Position numbers and translations under genes: made by a program. This document shows, in pieces, positions 1 to 13,700 of a stretch of 64,000 nt of DNA. Positions within the stretch are counted from its first letter, which is position 1. Each line of letters opens with the position of its first letter. Source of the stretch: Azolla caroliniana (taxonomy: Eukaryota; Plantae; Polypodiophyta); contig JBHGNT010000007.1 in assembly GCA_043228905.1 (NCBI GenBank), positions 16,926,001 to 16,990,000 on the forward strand, written 5' to 3'. The notes beneath the pieces are model-generated. The model was not told where the DNA came from, did no database searches, and worked only from the letters and a program-made list of their open reading frames with translations.

Positions 1-41
1 ATCTGTCAGGATATACTGACCTAAAATCTTATGTTATGCAG

Positions 42-3000
42 TTGGATCTGAGAAGAAAATTTGCTATGCTTCTTGGTTATAGAAACTGGGCTGAATATTG
101 CTTGGAAGTACGCATGACAAGAAATCCTGAAAAGGTGGGTACACACTTTGATTCTCCATCTATCCTCTTTTTTTCTTCTTCTAGGTATCTCTACAAGTAA
201 GATTATTGCAGCTATTCTTGATGGTGATGTATAAAGTGCAACAATAGTCGCAGATATATTCGACCTGAAACTACAAGAAGTTTACAGTATATGTCCTTTG
301 ATACCATCACAAGTAACAGAACACAAGTTACAACTCATTCTAGATATATATGCACATTTAACTTGGATATCTGATACAACATTTTCTTAGAGTAGTTTGT
401 GTGTAGTCTGCGCTAGATGGTCTTTCAGAACATCAGTTTGTGTGTAGTACTGGCATATGGTTAGGTATTTTAAAAAACAAATTTGCCCCAGTCTTTTGTA
501 TAAATGAGTTTGTCACGTGGGAATCGGAAAGAATGCAATGCCTGAGAAATGCAAGATTAGAACTCAGGCTTGGAGTTTGATGGACTAATTTTCAGGTGAA
601 GGAGTTTCATGATCAAATGTTGCGACATATCTTACCACGTGCCAATCAGGAGTTAAAACTCTTGCAAGATTTGAAGGTTGGCATCTTATTTTTCACCGAT
701 TAGCATTGCAAGAGTGAATTTCTTAATTCTATAATTCTAAACTTTTGTGTAGGAAGAGGAAGAGGGAGATCCGGCATTTGGAGTGGAAGACATCCTGTAT
801 TATATTCGAAAAGCAGAAAGAAGATTGCTGAATTTTAACATGAATAATCTGGATCAATATTTTCCATTTGAAGTTGTCACCACTGGTTTACTAAAAATAT
901 ATGGTCATCTTCTTGGTAATTAATGAAAGGCTCACTTTTTTGCTTCCATTTATCTATTCCTCACTCTTAAAACTTGCTGTGATCAATCTTATAACTGGTT
1001 AAACTCTGGAGTTGCTGTGTTCAGGAACCGTCATCAGATATCTTATGGACCACATACACTTCTTCTTTTTAAAAGTGGCATGGAGGTCCTTGTCATTGAT
1101 AACTTTGTATTTTTTCTAGTTCATGTTATATATCATTCTGGAAGCTGAAGAAGGCCATGAACTGACTGACTTGAGACTTGAGGGTGGGAACCTGAGCTGT
1201 GAAAGCATTTTGCGACTTCCACCAACCTATGCTTTCACCCCAGCCACATGGATACCCATATTTCAGATAGTTGGACGGATCTATATGTTATCACACCAAT
1301 TGCAGATAGAGAGGCAGATATGAAGGATTCAAATAAAATGATCACCTCTGCCACCTATGCTCATTAGAGGTTTAAACAAAAAAGCACCATATATGTCACT
1401 GCCTCTTTTGAAAAGATATCACTGCCTCTTTTGAAAAGATATCGCCATCTGCCCCCAGACCTGCTCTATACGTACAATGACCATTACCTCTTGGATTTTG
1501 TCCACGACATATTATCTTAAAAAGAAAAAGGCCATCATTGTCCATTTGGAGTCAATAGGACACACTACTGTAAGGAACACTTTTGATGTATAATATTCAA
1601 AGAGGCAATTTTCTAGAATCTAATTTTGCCCGAAAAATAACTACCGAGGGGATGATAAAGCCTCTATGATATAGGTGATTAATTAGTGTATGGATGAAGG
1701 CTGTTTTTTTCACAGCCTATACCCTAGAATTTGAACCTTCACGAATCCCCCTGAACCCCATCTTTGTGCGCATCCTTTTTGTCTTTTGTATTATAGGCTT
1801 GTGGCATGTTCACCTGGTTTGAGTTACCAATCTAGGATAACCACACTTGTCTTTGCCAGCCTTCTGTAGCACCCTGGATTTCAGTGTTTTTTCGCATATT
1901 TGTTAGCCTTTGCTTTCGCTTCCATGCCTCTTCCACATAGATTGGAAAAAATGAGCCTACAATATAATGTTGAGTTTTCCAGCTGCAATATAATGTTCAG
2001 TTTTCTTTTATGATCCTCTAAAATCCTTCTCACCTTCAAGCCTACTTTTTCTGCTAAATAGTGCTTGAGATATATACCTTGTAAAATAAAATGCAAAAAT
2101 GAATGTTACCAATCTGAACAAATAATCTGTAAAATGCCTTTTCTAGCAAGAATCTAGTTACCTGTCTGAATAAGCGATTTCGAAAATGCCTTTTCTAGAA
2201 ATATCTGTCTGAATAAGAAATCCCAGTAATTACCCTTTGAATATGTGGTACATCTTGGTTGTGGTCACATTCAGCACTCTGCAATGCCTTTGCCTATTCT
2301 CATTGCTTTCATATACAAATGGTAGGATAGAAGTAACATCTTCAAACATAAGTTATCGTGTCGGTGGGAGGGTTTTGTATCTATTTATCCCTTGACGTTT
2401 TATAATATGTTTAAGTAAAAGTTATTTCTTGAAGTTCGAAGTAGTTACTTTTAATGCATATCACCTGATTGAGTAGATGGTTGGCTTATTCTATCCTCAA
2501 TAAGTACGATTAGGAAGACCAGCAGTAGGTTCACAATATAATTGTCCTCTAAAAATTAGAATGGTATTTTATAGTATATTTGAGTAAAATGTGTTTTCTC
2601 ATTAGAATGGTATTTTATAGTGTATTTGAGTAAAATGAGTTTTCTCATTAGAATGATATTTTATAGTATATTTGAGTAAAACGTGTTTTCTCATATATTA
2701 TTCATTTGTCCTTAACAGGTCTCAAGTTTCTCGAACTTGAGAAAAAGAATGTTTGGCATGAAGAAGTTCGAGAATTTTCTGTTGTTGATTTAGAGAGCAA
2801 GGAGGTTATGGGCTTCTTTTATTTGGATGCTTTTTCTCGGTAAAAATGGTTCTTTATGAAAACTGGAAGTAAAAGAGTTGATATTTATGCATATTATAAT
2901 TGTTTTTGTTTCCTGCTAACAGCGATGGTAAATACAGCCATCCATGCGTTGTTCCCCTTCAACCTTCCTGTGACCTTGCGAATGGGAAACGACAGGTAGG

Positions 3001-6000
3001 TATAGTTCCAAAATTTAACAGCTGTAAGTACCTGTTGATCAAAGCTATTCTTTTGCCTGATTCTCTCATTTTGGTAAATGCGTTATATAGCTACCTGTTG
3101 CTGCACTGCTAATGAACCTTACTAAGTCTGGTTCTGATACTCCGACACTGCTCAAACATTCAGAATTAGTCTTATACTTCCATGAGTTTGGACATCTGGT
3201 ATACTCTTTGATCTTGTTCAGAAAACGTCTTCAATGCATGTACACTTTTGGGTGGTTGAAGTTTGTTGGATCATGTTGGTCTTTATATCAGTCTAACCTA
3301 TGATTTTAGTATTGTTATAGATGCATCATATATGCAGCCGAGCATCTTTTGCGAGGTTCTCTGGCCTTCTGGTTGAAACAGACTTTTTAGAAACTCCTAG
3401 TCATATGCTTGAGAACTGGTAAAATTTCATTCACATATGCATGTTCAATTTTTGTTTATGTTTTTGGTTAATCATTACATTCTGTTTTAACAGGTGCTAT
3501 GAAAGAGACTCGTTGAAGCTGATGAGTTGTTCTTACAAGGTCATTAAATTCCAGCAAATTCTCTGATTTTGGTTATAATTAAAAAATATTAACTGTTTTT
3601 TCCAAATTGCAGGATCCAGACACAGGCATCCCTGATAGCATGCTCAAAGTTTTGAAAGAAAAAAGGAGATCATTTCTTGCTCTGAGGACACTCAGGAATC
3701 ATCTTTTTATAGGTTCATTTAGTGAAATTAATTAAAAATAGTTATTTAGGCATGTACTTTTCATATCCATAGAAACTCGTTGTTTAAACTAAACTCAAGT
3801 TAATATCTCAGTTAGTCTTTAATTTCTGCTCTCAACTTATCTAACTTGATAGGTATATTGGACCAAATCATACATACCGAGGACAAAGTTAGCATTGAAC
3901 AAGTCATTAAGGATCTCTTTCCTGAGGTAATTTTCTTTATATACTTTATTGGCTGGAATGAAATATGACAATAGGTACACTAATATCTGCAAGAGGCCAA
4001 AATATGATGTGAGAGTGTTTGTGCTTAATTCTTTGATTGTGTTTATTATCTAATATTTTCGTAATGATTTTCCATATTCTATATCAACGATATCCATACT
4101 TTCAGTTGCATACATGCACATAGAAACTAGTTTTCTATTTGAGCAACACCATTTTAGTAAATGCAGTAGTCTTTTATTTTTTTCTAGAATATTAGTTATA
4201 CATACTTAAGTAAACTATTACTTTAACTATATTTGAATTATCATTTAAAAATATATAGACTTTTTTTTAAAATTTATAAAACTTAAATTGGCACATAAAA
4301 TATAAATTATAATTTTTAGCTAATTAATATATTAATATACAATCATTTTACAATATACCACATTGTGATATTTTATATTAAATATACCATAAATATCGAG
4401 ACTAGAACTTAATGATTAAATATATAACATTAAATAAGTATCCAAACACAATGTACCCAACATTGTTGGAGTCTCGGATCTTTGAAAATAGAAGAGGAGG
4501 ATTCAGATGAAAAAATTCAGGTGATGATCTGTATTTAAGGATTTGGAGAATGGATCTAGGTACAACCCAACAACTTGAGAGAAGAAATGATTGAAGACCA
4601 AGGAGACATTAGGATGGACAAGAGAGAACAAAGGAACTAGATGAAATGAGTTGAGTATCAAGCAGATAATTACACATCCGAATATTGGTGTTGATCTGCT
4701 AAAGATAAAATGGGGTACTGTTTTGCATTGCTCAATGCTCAGTTGGAACAAGATTTCAAAGTTGTAGTTCACAGGAAAGATTTACGTAACAGTCAATTCC
4801 TTCACACGGTGTTGGGCACCACAAGGCAAGGATGCTACTGCTCAAACATGATGATTATAGTGGCAAGTTCCTTATCATAAATTGGGGAATTGATTGTCTG
4901 AGGAATGCATTTCATTATCATCAGGCTGGGATAAGATGATGCCAAGGGGAAAAATCAGATGTGTCTGATTCTGTGATGAAAGGTTTGGTTGGATTCCGAT
5001 GGAGGATAGGGTTTGAGATGAAGTACCTTATCATACATTGGGTAGTTGATCTTTGTAGGGGTGAGTGTTTGGGAATAGAATGTGAAAGAAAGAAAGAAAG
5101 AAAGATATATTAACGTCTTTTAAGAGGGCAAAATGGCCTATAAGACCAAATAAGAGATTGCATCTTCAGTGTTGTGTCGTCTTTGAGAACAAATCAAAAT
5201 AAAATAAATATTACTCAGTAAATATAAAAGTAAATAAGATGAAAAGAGAAGAAACGAGGGAATTTGGTTTTTGGCACATGTGAGATTCTCAAGTTAGGTA
5301 TATTGTAGCTTTTGTCTTCGAAAGATCTCTAGCATAAGTTGATCCAGAATGGAAATGTCTCTGAAGCGAGGGAAGCACCTACGATGGCGGGTGATAATGG
5401 CTTTTATCTGTCGATGACAAGGGTGTCGAGGTCGTGGTCCATGGGGCCGGAGCCTATGTGCACGGCAAATTGCTATTGCCGTGAGAGAATACAGGAGCCC
5501 CAGATCATCAGACTAGGATAAGATAGTGCTGAGGGCAAAAATTGGACAATGGCAGGGGCAAGAGTTGCATGTGTCTGCGTCCACAATAAAAGGCTTGATC
5601 TTATTCGGATAGAGGAAAATCGGGATCCAGGTGTATGCTTTCTTGATAGTCCCAAAGGCCAGCTGGGCTTTGGAACTCTGAGAAAATGGGTAGTTCTTTG
5701 AATAGCTGTAGATGGACTTTGTTGGGGAAACCACACAGCTGGGTAATTCCAGAGATGTCTTATCAAACTGCCCCTCATTTGGTGCCCTTCTATGTATTGC
5801 AGATGTACAATATATGGGCTAGCGTGTTGCATCTCTGGACTCCACAACCCCACATCTGTGAGGATTCTACAACCTCATATTAAAACTTTATAGTGCAGGC
5901 ATACAAAATACAACATTACAATCCTTTAATCTTTGGTGGCCATGATAACAAGTGGCAGCATGCTTGATCAGATTTTTATCAATACAGTCTACTAGAAATC

Positions 6001-9000
6001 AACGATAACTACTTTGCCATTTGTCATCGTGACGGAAAAAAGATCGGAGATATAGTAGAACTCTGAGTCCATCTTAATGATTTTGGAGTAAGTACATTTG
6101 TCAAATCTAAATGGAACATAAAAACTAAATGTCTAATATTTGTTCTACCTAATCTTGATATTGGAGAGTAGAACTGGGGAGATTTTGGGAAGTAGAAAAA
6201 GCTAGAAAGGAAACTAAAAGGAGGTGAAGAGGCAAAGATGGGAAGAGAATAGATGAGCAACAAAATACCGTTATAAAGGTTTGTGGATAGACATGGTGAA
6301 ATGGCTAACAGAGAAGATGATGCAAAGTCAGAAAGGAAGCTTTGCTGATTTGAGAATATGTGGACATTTTTCATTTTGTTGAACCAACTTATAATTTAGG
6401 GACATCTTCTTGCATGTCACTGGAATAGCGTATCCTTGCTTTCTAGAGAAATCACCTCAGATAGATTAACGAGAAACATTCCAGAATATGACATTATGCC
6501 TTTTATTTCTATATAATGGCATGCACCAAATGTTTATGCACCCATAGTAGGTTCATGAAGTGTTTGCTATACTCAATGTTTCAATGAGATTGATAGGATG
6601 CTCAGAAATTATGCATTTATGTATTAGGGTTCTCATTACCAACAATCATAGATTGACCCATGCGTGAAATTCGTAATATTCGACATCTGTAATATTCGTA
6701 AAATTCGAGAATACAAAATTACCCCAAGAATATTACAGAACCATTCGTTTATTTATTTATTATTTTAAAAAATAATTTTATATATTATATATAAAAATAT
6801 TATTAGTCTAAGGTTCCCTTTTTAATGTCAAGAGAGTAAAAAGTGGGGAATTAATAAACCTTTTATTTATTATTTATTATTTATTTATTTATTAAAAATA
6901 AAACAAATACTTTAATGTTTTTCATCTATTATAAGAATATTATGAGTGTGAGGTCCCCTTTTTAACGTGAGATAAAAATATAAAATTTTGTGAGAACCTT
7001 TTATTTATTCTATTTATTTACATATATTTTATTTATTTTTTGTTTTATTAAAAATTAAAACATATACATCTAAGTTTGATAAATATTATAAAAATATTAT
7101 TAGTGTGAGTTCCCCTTTTTAATGTGAAATAAAAATATGAAATTTATGGGAACCTTTTATTTAGTTAATTTATTTACATTTATTTATTTATTTTTTGTTT
7201 TATTAAAAAATAAAACAAATACATTTAAGTTTTATATATATTATAAAAATATTATTATTATGAGGTTCCCTTTTAATAACAGATAAAAATATCAATTTTT
7301 GTGGGAGAGTAAAGTGGGAAATTAATGAACCTTTTATTTATTATTTATTATTATTTTATATTGATTAAAAATAAAACAAATACTTTTAACTTTTAAGTTT
7401 TCCATTTATTATATAAAAATATTATTTAGTGTAAGCCTCCTTTTTAATGTCAAGTTAAATATCCCATATTTAATGTGAAAGTCTCTTTGTTATATGATAT
7501 ATATATTAGAAACTAAAAAGTAGGAACTCTTTTTTTTCTGTTTTTTTAACGAATATTTTTTCATGTATTCTTATGCGTATTCGTATGTATTCGTATGGTA
7601 ACTCCCACGAATGCAAATATGTCAATCTATGCCAACAATATTGCAAGCTGGAATCAGAGTCAGATTGATAAAAATATTAAAAGTGTCATCACATCCCGTG
7701 CATAAGTAGCCTTCTAATTTATTTTAATGAATGCAATATACTAGGATTGCATCAACCTTCTCAATGCAAGTTTTGCTGATATGTGATACCATTTGTTTAA
7801 TATCTTTGTTAATTTGCTAATCAATCAATTTACGAGTTAGGAAAATCTTTCATATGTATTATTGTTTTACTGCATCTGAGTTTAATTTACCTTGATAATA
7901 AGTGATTATTTTATTGAAGGTTGTTCTGGGAATTCCAAATATAGAAGGCACAAATATTGCAGCATCCACATTGCATTTCATTTCTGGTGGCTGTGATGCA
8001 GTTTGCTACAGTTACCTATGGAGTGAGGTATTGTTTTGGTTGCAGAAGATTTCTGAGCCTATCTGCAAGTAGGGTTCATGGTTAGCTTGAAATAACTCAA
8101 CTGTCACTCTGCTTCAATTAGGTTTTCGCAGCGGATATGTTTGAGGCAAGGTTCAAAGGAAATATGATGAACAATATTGCGGGCCTGGAATATAGAAACA
8201 AGGTCTGCACACAATTATGTTCTTTCTGAAGATATAATAAACTTTTAAATTTTTTAATAATATCATAGACAATAAGAAAAAGATCATATATACATTTCAG
8301 GGTGAAAAACATAGAAACAAAGCAAGGATGTTCAACTACACTCTGAATTCAACCATTAGACAATTCATCAATGCAAGTAATTGTTCTAGGTAACCAGCAA
8401 ATGATAATGAACACTAAAAAGGAAATATGATGACACATGATAGGTGGAACATTATGTGTTCTTGTGTACACAATCCTCTAGGATAAGATGTCTCCTCAAG
8501 CTTGCTCACTAGCACATCAGGATGCTCAAAATCTGTTGATGTTAGAGTGGATGGATTAAACACAAGGGGAGATTCTCTTTTAATATGCAAATCTCCAGTA
8601 TATCAAGGTCATGGCTGAATCTAAAGATCTGAAATCTTTTATGAAATGCATGCAATGAGAATTCCCTTGATGCTACTAGTACGGCGTGCATATGCAAGTG
8701 TAATGCTGCTAGAAAAATCTAGGAACTCATCTATACTAAACTAAGCCCTTGCAACTCTAAACTTGAATTCATTGTTCAGTATGAACATGAGATATTCTAC
8801 TGCTATGGAAACTTAAAAGGGAAATCCAGACCACGACGATAATCCATATAAAATAACAGAGGTGACTGGAGTTTTAATGATCCATAATGTAATGCATTGG
8901 CTCATGGTACTGTAACTTGTCAATGTACAAATGCATTGGTTGTGCAAAGATTCTTTGTAGTATCTCAATGAAGGCCCACTAGGTAGGGCTACAAATGACC

Positions 9001-9515
9001 AATTTGTAAAGATATCAAAACCAGTATGCAATAGGTAATCCAGTGCAATATCATATAACCTAGCCTATTAGCTCATGTACTCAAATATGTAAAGAATTCA
9101 AACCCAGCTATGCAAAACCTATCTGGTACACATTAGGCTATCCAGTGCACCATCATAATGTAGCGCATTAGCTTACAGTGCTGTAATTCATCAATGTACA
9201 AATACTTACAGTGCTGTAATGAAGTGTTGAACTTGGATTACAATGTGAGTTTAATGTTTCCATTATTCTCCCTCGACTCTTTGAAGGAGTGTATTTGTGA
9301 TAAATAAGTGTAACATTGCAATAGGCAATGCATTATGCATTTTGTTGCTCAGCGTTATGCATGTTTCTGATTAAGTATACATTGCAACCATACAGGTATT
9401 AGCACCAGGTGCAACAAAAGATGCTCTTCAAATACTGAGAGAATTTCTCGGTCGGGATCCTTCACTTGATGCTTATGTTAGGTTGAACGGTTTAAATGAA
9501 GTTGATGAATTCTAA
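42..9515 (+). CDS. M3-family zinc metallopeptidase (thimet oligopeptidase/neurolysin-like), 5'-partial, 13 exons visible: 42-134, 596-676, 753-915, 2719-2839, 2923-2995, 3091-3198, 3321-3418, 3494-3539, 3613-3712, 3853-3926, 7920-8027, 8122-8202, 9396-9515
   Basis: Hand-spliced at GT-AG sites with consistent phases. Gives [29 protein letters not shown], zinc motif [50 protein letters not shown] and [10 protein letters not shown], ending in TAA at 9513-9515. The start lies upstream of the window. Confidence 0.93.
2555..2693. repeat. Intronic tandem repeat, 3 x ~46 bp
   Basis: Unit ATTAGAATGGTATTTTATAGTATATTTGAGTAAAATGTGTTTTCTC begins at 2555, 2601 and 2647. Confidence 0.9.
4740..5700 (-). mobile_element. 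Highly degraded Ty3/Gypsy pol (RT-RNase H junction) fragments in the intron
   Basis: Minus-strand [30 protein letters not shown]...ALSTILS resembles AFEGLKQVFTSAPILMHVDPMRRFKLEADA..ALGSVLS of the Gypsy at 47.9 kb. A second [18 protein letters not shown]-like piece lies near 4.93 kb. Boundaries are approximate. Confidence 0.6.
5084..5150 (-). mobile_element. 3' terminus of a LINE/SINE related to the LINE at 22861-28001
   Basis: Minus strand ends ...AGACGTTAATATATC(TTTC)n, identical to the LINE tail, preceded by a similar GTCT..GGCCA..TG(C/G)CC..AGAC hairpin. Confidence 0.7.
6647..7631. mobile_element. Non-autonomous hAT DNA transposon in the intron
   Basis: Perfect 11-bp TIR CATAGATTGAC/GTCAATCTATG; 8-bp TSD CCAACAAT (6639-6646 and 7632-7639); subterminal ATTCGTA motifs; internal AT-rich ~150-bp imperfect tandem units. 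Confidence 0.9.
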
Positions 9516-11649
9516 GATCTATGGAATAATTAAAGGCAAAGTGGGTTTTTGGTGACAACCTCTATGTAATTGCAATCATCTGGTTCTTTGTTACATTTGA
9601 TTAGATTGGCTTCTCCATAGGATTCATTTTGGCACTTCGACCCACTCAAAGGGGCCGAGCCGTACGAATGCATTACATTGTTCTGGGAAGTTTTGATAGC
9701 TTTTTCCCAATGCTTACATGTTATCTTTTTTGCCCTCTTAATTAGTGCTAGTTATTTATAGTGATTATCAGATTTTCAAAGAATCAATGATTCTATGATT
9801 TATCATTGGAAAAACTCATTTTCTCTCTTGGGCTCTCCTTTCTATAAAAGCCTTTTTATAAAATTGAGAGAACCCAAGCTCGATTGTCTTCATGGGTGTG
9901 AACCTGTCTCAGATATCACAATCGGTCTCCATGGATGTTAAGATCTCTCTCCCATGTTCTTTTGTTTATGCCTTGATGGATGTAACAAATGGTTGATACT
10001 TGGACAACCAGAAGCCGTTTTAGGTTCCGCTGTTGGAAAATGTAATTATCATGCTATTGTTACATGTATTTCAATACTTATTCTTGCAATGGCTCCACCC
10101 AAATATTTCCTTCACCCCTTGGTAAAGTGACTTGTTGGCATATTTTTTAAGCTGCACTGTTTTACCAATTGTTTTAATGCTTCAACGTGATTTGTGCTCT
10201 TTTATCGTAGTTCTTGACATCATTTGTCTTAATCATGATCATACTATTAAGATTTCCTCTATGTTTTGATAAAGTGTATTTCTTTGTTGTCTTTGCAAAA
10301 TTTCTTTATTGTTGCTTGATTATTGTTTCAATTATGTGTTTTTTTTATCATTTTCTTGTAGTGTTGTTTAAAATTCAATCATGGATTTGTGCAAGGTTCC
10401 ATGTGGTTCACTTATATTCTTTCCATTTGCATGATTTTCTACTTCTCTTCATTTGAACAAAATGGTCTAATTGTTTTCTCTAAGTTTTTGTTATTTAACC
10501 TAAGAACTTTAGTCTAGCTCTAGGCCAATGGACTTTTTAATCGCATTTGCTGTCATATAGATGTGATCTACGTTAAAAACATCCCTCCTTTCAATTTTGT
10601 CTATTTATTGTTCCTCGTATTGTTATTGTCTTGGGTTGCTCTTATCATATAGTGATGATAACCAAAATTATTTCTAAATCCTTTGTTTGAATAAAATAAT
10701 TGTAGCAAGACTAGTGGTTTTGAAAGATGAGTATTGTCTTGTAGATTCAAAGTTATGCAGGGTCATGACAAATAATCTAACACAATTCTACTTCTAGCTT
10801 ATCATTGAGCCAAATTTGCTTAATATACTCATAGTAAAGGAGGAACCAATATCTAACATAAGGCATAAGAATGTGGCTCCATCGGCTAAAAGACCAATTA
10901 CTTATTGAAGGGGCTAGACTTTTATTTTAGTGGATTAGATATGTTGAGGACTTTTCTTTCTGTCGGAGATTAATGTATAAGTTGTGTTTGTACAAGTAAA
11001 ACCATTATTGGTTTTTGTACTTAATCCCCTTAATGTAATGGATATTGTCAAGAAATAATCAAGAAAGTTTGTTGTTTTATCATATTCTTGTTTTGTAAGT
11101 TTTTTGTTACTTTTTCAATGTGATTATGTTTGATTTTGTTGATATTGTTGAGACCACAGGGTATGAATCAATTGCAACAAGGGCTGACGTTAATGTAGAA
11201 ACTTTTGATGTTGTTACTTGTTTTGAGGGCTCCATTTTGAGAGATTAGAGTCACCACAAGTCTAGTTAATCAAGTAGATTAGAGTCACCTTGATTAGAGA
11301 AGTAGCAACAAGCACGAAGGTATAAGACAAGTGTTCCAACTTAAACAAAAGACAAACAAATAGAATGTTTGCCTTTCCCAAGTGTGCAAGAGCAAATGAG
11401 GTTGAATCTAGATCCAAAGATACAACAATAGAGTAGGGGTGTGAAGACGAAAAGGACACCAATGTTCCCATATGAACATTGAGTTGATTGAAATAGATTG
11501 TGTGCTACCGAAGTTTAGTGCAATTGAACAAGAGTTTTAGGAATGGAAGCTGAAACAATTGAAAGGAGGACTTGATTTTGCGAGTGATGAAGCTAAGGGA
11601 GGACACAAACAGTTTTTGACATTGGTTGCACCATGGTTTGATATTTCTA

Positions 11650-13035
11650 TTTGGAGTTATAAACTACACAATGAAGTTTGGAAGTGTGTGGATAGAATCT
11701 TACCAAAGTGACCAATGTTAGTGGACAAGGAAAATAGGCTAAGAGAAGGACTATGTAAGGTTCTAAAGCCTTGATGAATTGTGGTGTGTGTGGCCAGAAG
11801 CAATATTTCTTTATGTTACCTATTTTACCTCAAAAATGACAATCTAACTCTTTATATTTAGACCTTGACTTACGCCTACTTCTACCTTTGTTGTTTCCAT
11901 TATCATTTATGTTAGGAGTTGCATTAGTTAGAGAAATTCTAAAAATTTCCCAAGAATTAGGAAGAGTGTTTGGCAACCATAGAGCCAGAACTTCTTCAAA
12001 TTACATATCCATGCTAGACAATTGATCAAAACAACTTTAAAATTCATTCAAATGATAAAAAATGGAGTTATTGTCTTTATAGGTCAAATGCATCACTTGT
12101 TTAAGTAAAAACAACTTATTGTTACCAGTTCTAGAAGCATATAAGGTTTCCAATTTGTTCCATAATGTCTTTTCATTTGTTTCATTCATAATATCATTCA
12201 AGACATGATCTCCTACCCATTGACGAATGGAATCAAACACTTGTTGGTTCGCAAATGACCACTCCTCATCACTTCTCTTTTCAAGTTTATCTAATGTAAA
12301 CACAAGTAAATGCAAATTTTTGACAAAACGCAAATTGCTTATTTTACCTTTACATTTTTTATAGTTTGTGCCATTTAAAATGACCATTGTTTATGTGTTT
12401 GCCTCCATTTATAATTGAGCAAGAAACACAACCTTGGCTCTCGTACCATTTGATAGGTAACAATCGTCTTGTTTAAGCTCGAATATTAATGAGCAATGAT
12501 CAAAGAAAAAACACAAGATGCACAAGCTGATATAGGATAGATGACACAAGATTTAACGTGGAGAAAACCACAGTGAGAGGAACAACCACAAGACAAAGTC
12601 CAAAACAATCCACTATGAACAATGAGAGTACAACAAAGATACAAGCTCTACCACTAGATACACTAAAGTGAAGTAGAGCTATGTAGAAAGTAACACTACC
12701 AACAAAGTGGGGACTACACAACAAAGGAATAACAACTACATTTACAAACACGAGAGAGAAGAAACTAGGATGATGAAGGCCATGGGTCGGAGTTGAAGGC
12801 GCGTAGATCACACACTGATTAGTGGAGTTAGAAGAATGAGGATTAGAGCACCAAGCTTGTTGTGTGTGTAGTTCTCAGCTTTGCTGCAATGCCTCTCTTC
12901 TTCCCATTTTTCTACTTCTCCCAAAAAAAAAGATCATATATATTTGTTTCTTTTCACACACAAAAATACATAGAACCTTTTTAAAAAATAATTAAAAGGG
13001 CATCTGTGTTTTAATGTGTTTCACACACTTCAACA
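11650..13035 (-). mobile_element. Decayed Ty1/Copia 5' portion (LTR, degenerate tRNA-Met PBS, gag)
   Basis: ORF 12037-12387 (LNGTNY...IRQWVGDHVLN...LWNKLETLYAS) is Copia gag-like. Degenerate PBS TGGTACGAGAGC on the minus strand at ~12437-12448, next to the LTR terminus at 12451. Outer boundaries are approximate. Confidence 0.75.
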
Positions 13036-13049
13036 TATGTGTTTCATAC

Positions 13050-13700
13050 AACGTTTTTGTAGCCTTGCCGCACATCTTTTATTCCCGCGTGCACTCATTG
13101 CACCCACTTTAGTCTTGCTTCAAGATGGGGAGGAGTTTGAGGTAGAGAAGATCCTAGCTTCCCAATTGATGCATAGAAAACTTTAAAATCTAGTATCATG
13201 GAAGGGTTAATATCCTTTATCCAGCCTCTTGGGAACCATCCAACCACCTTTGCAACGCATCAAATGTAGTCCAAGATTTTCATCATTGTTATCCCCACAA
13301 AAACACTCAAGCTAAAAGTGGGCGATAAAGGGAAGGATGATTTCATGACCAGTGTGATATGAGACATGAACATCTAATAGCTCTTGTTTGTTACTATATT
13401 GTATAGTTAGTCTTTAATGTTAAAAGAGTGGTCACAACACAACTTATATGCATGTCTTCCATAGAGAGATGCAAGGTGGCACACATTCATGGACTACCTT
13501 TTGTTATTGTATGTTTAGATATATGCTCGGAAGTATGTGTGTGAGGACCTGTTGATCTATGCACATCAAACGACATAGATATGTAGCAATAAGAAGAAGA
13601 AGAAGAAGAAGATAGACATAGTTTGAGCTTCAATGGAGGTTCTTTGTTATTCTGTAACTCTCTCTACAAGACTCAAGATGATCGATCATTATTCGTTACA
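13050..13700 (+). mobile_element. Chromovirus 3' remnant (chromodomain, PPT, degraded LTR)
   Basis: GEEFEVEKILAS...SWKG...SWEP..VVQDFH..YP chromodomain with stops; PPT AAAGGGAAGGATGA at ~13327-13340, followed by LTR-like sequence ending GTTACA at 13700. Confidence 0.65.

Noticed and set aside
6780-7470. CRISPR-like or satellite array
   Set aside because: AT-rich imperfect tandem units inside a hAT element, with no unique spacers, in a eukaryotic context.
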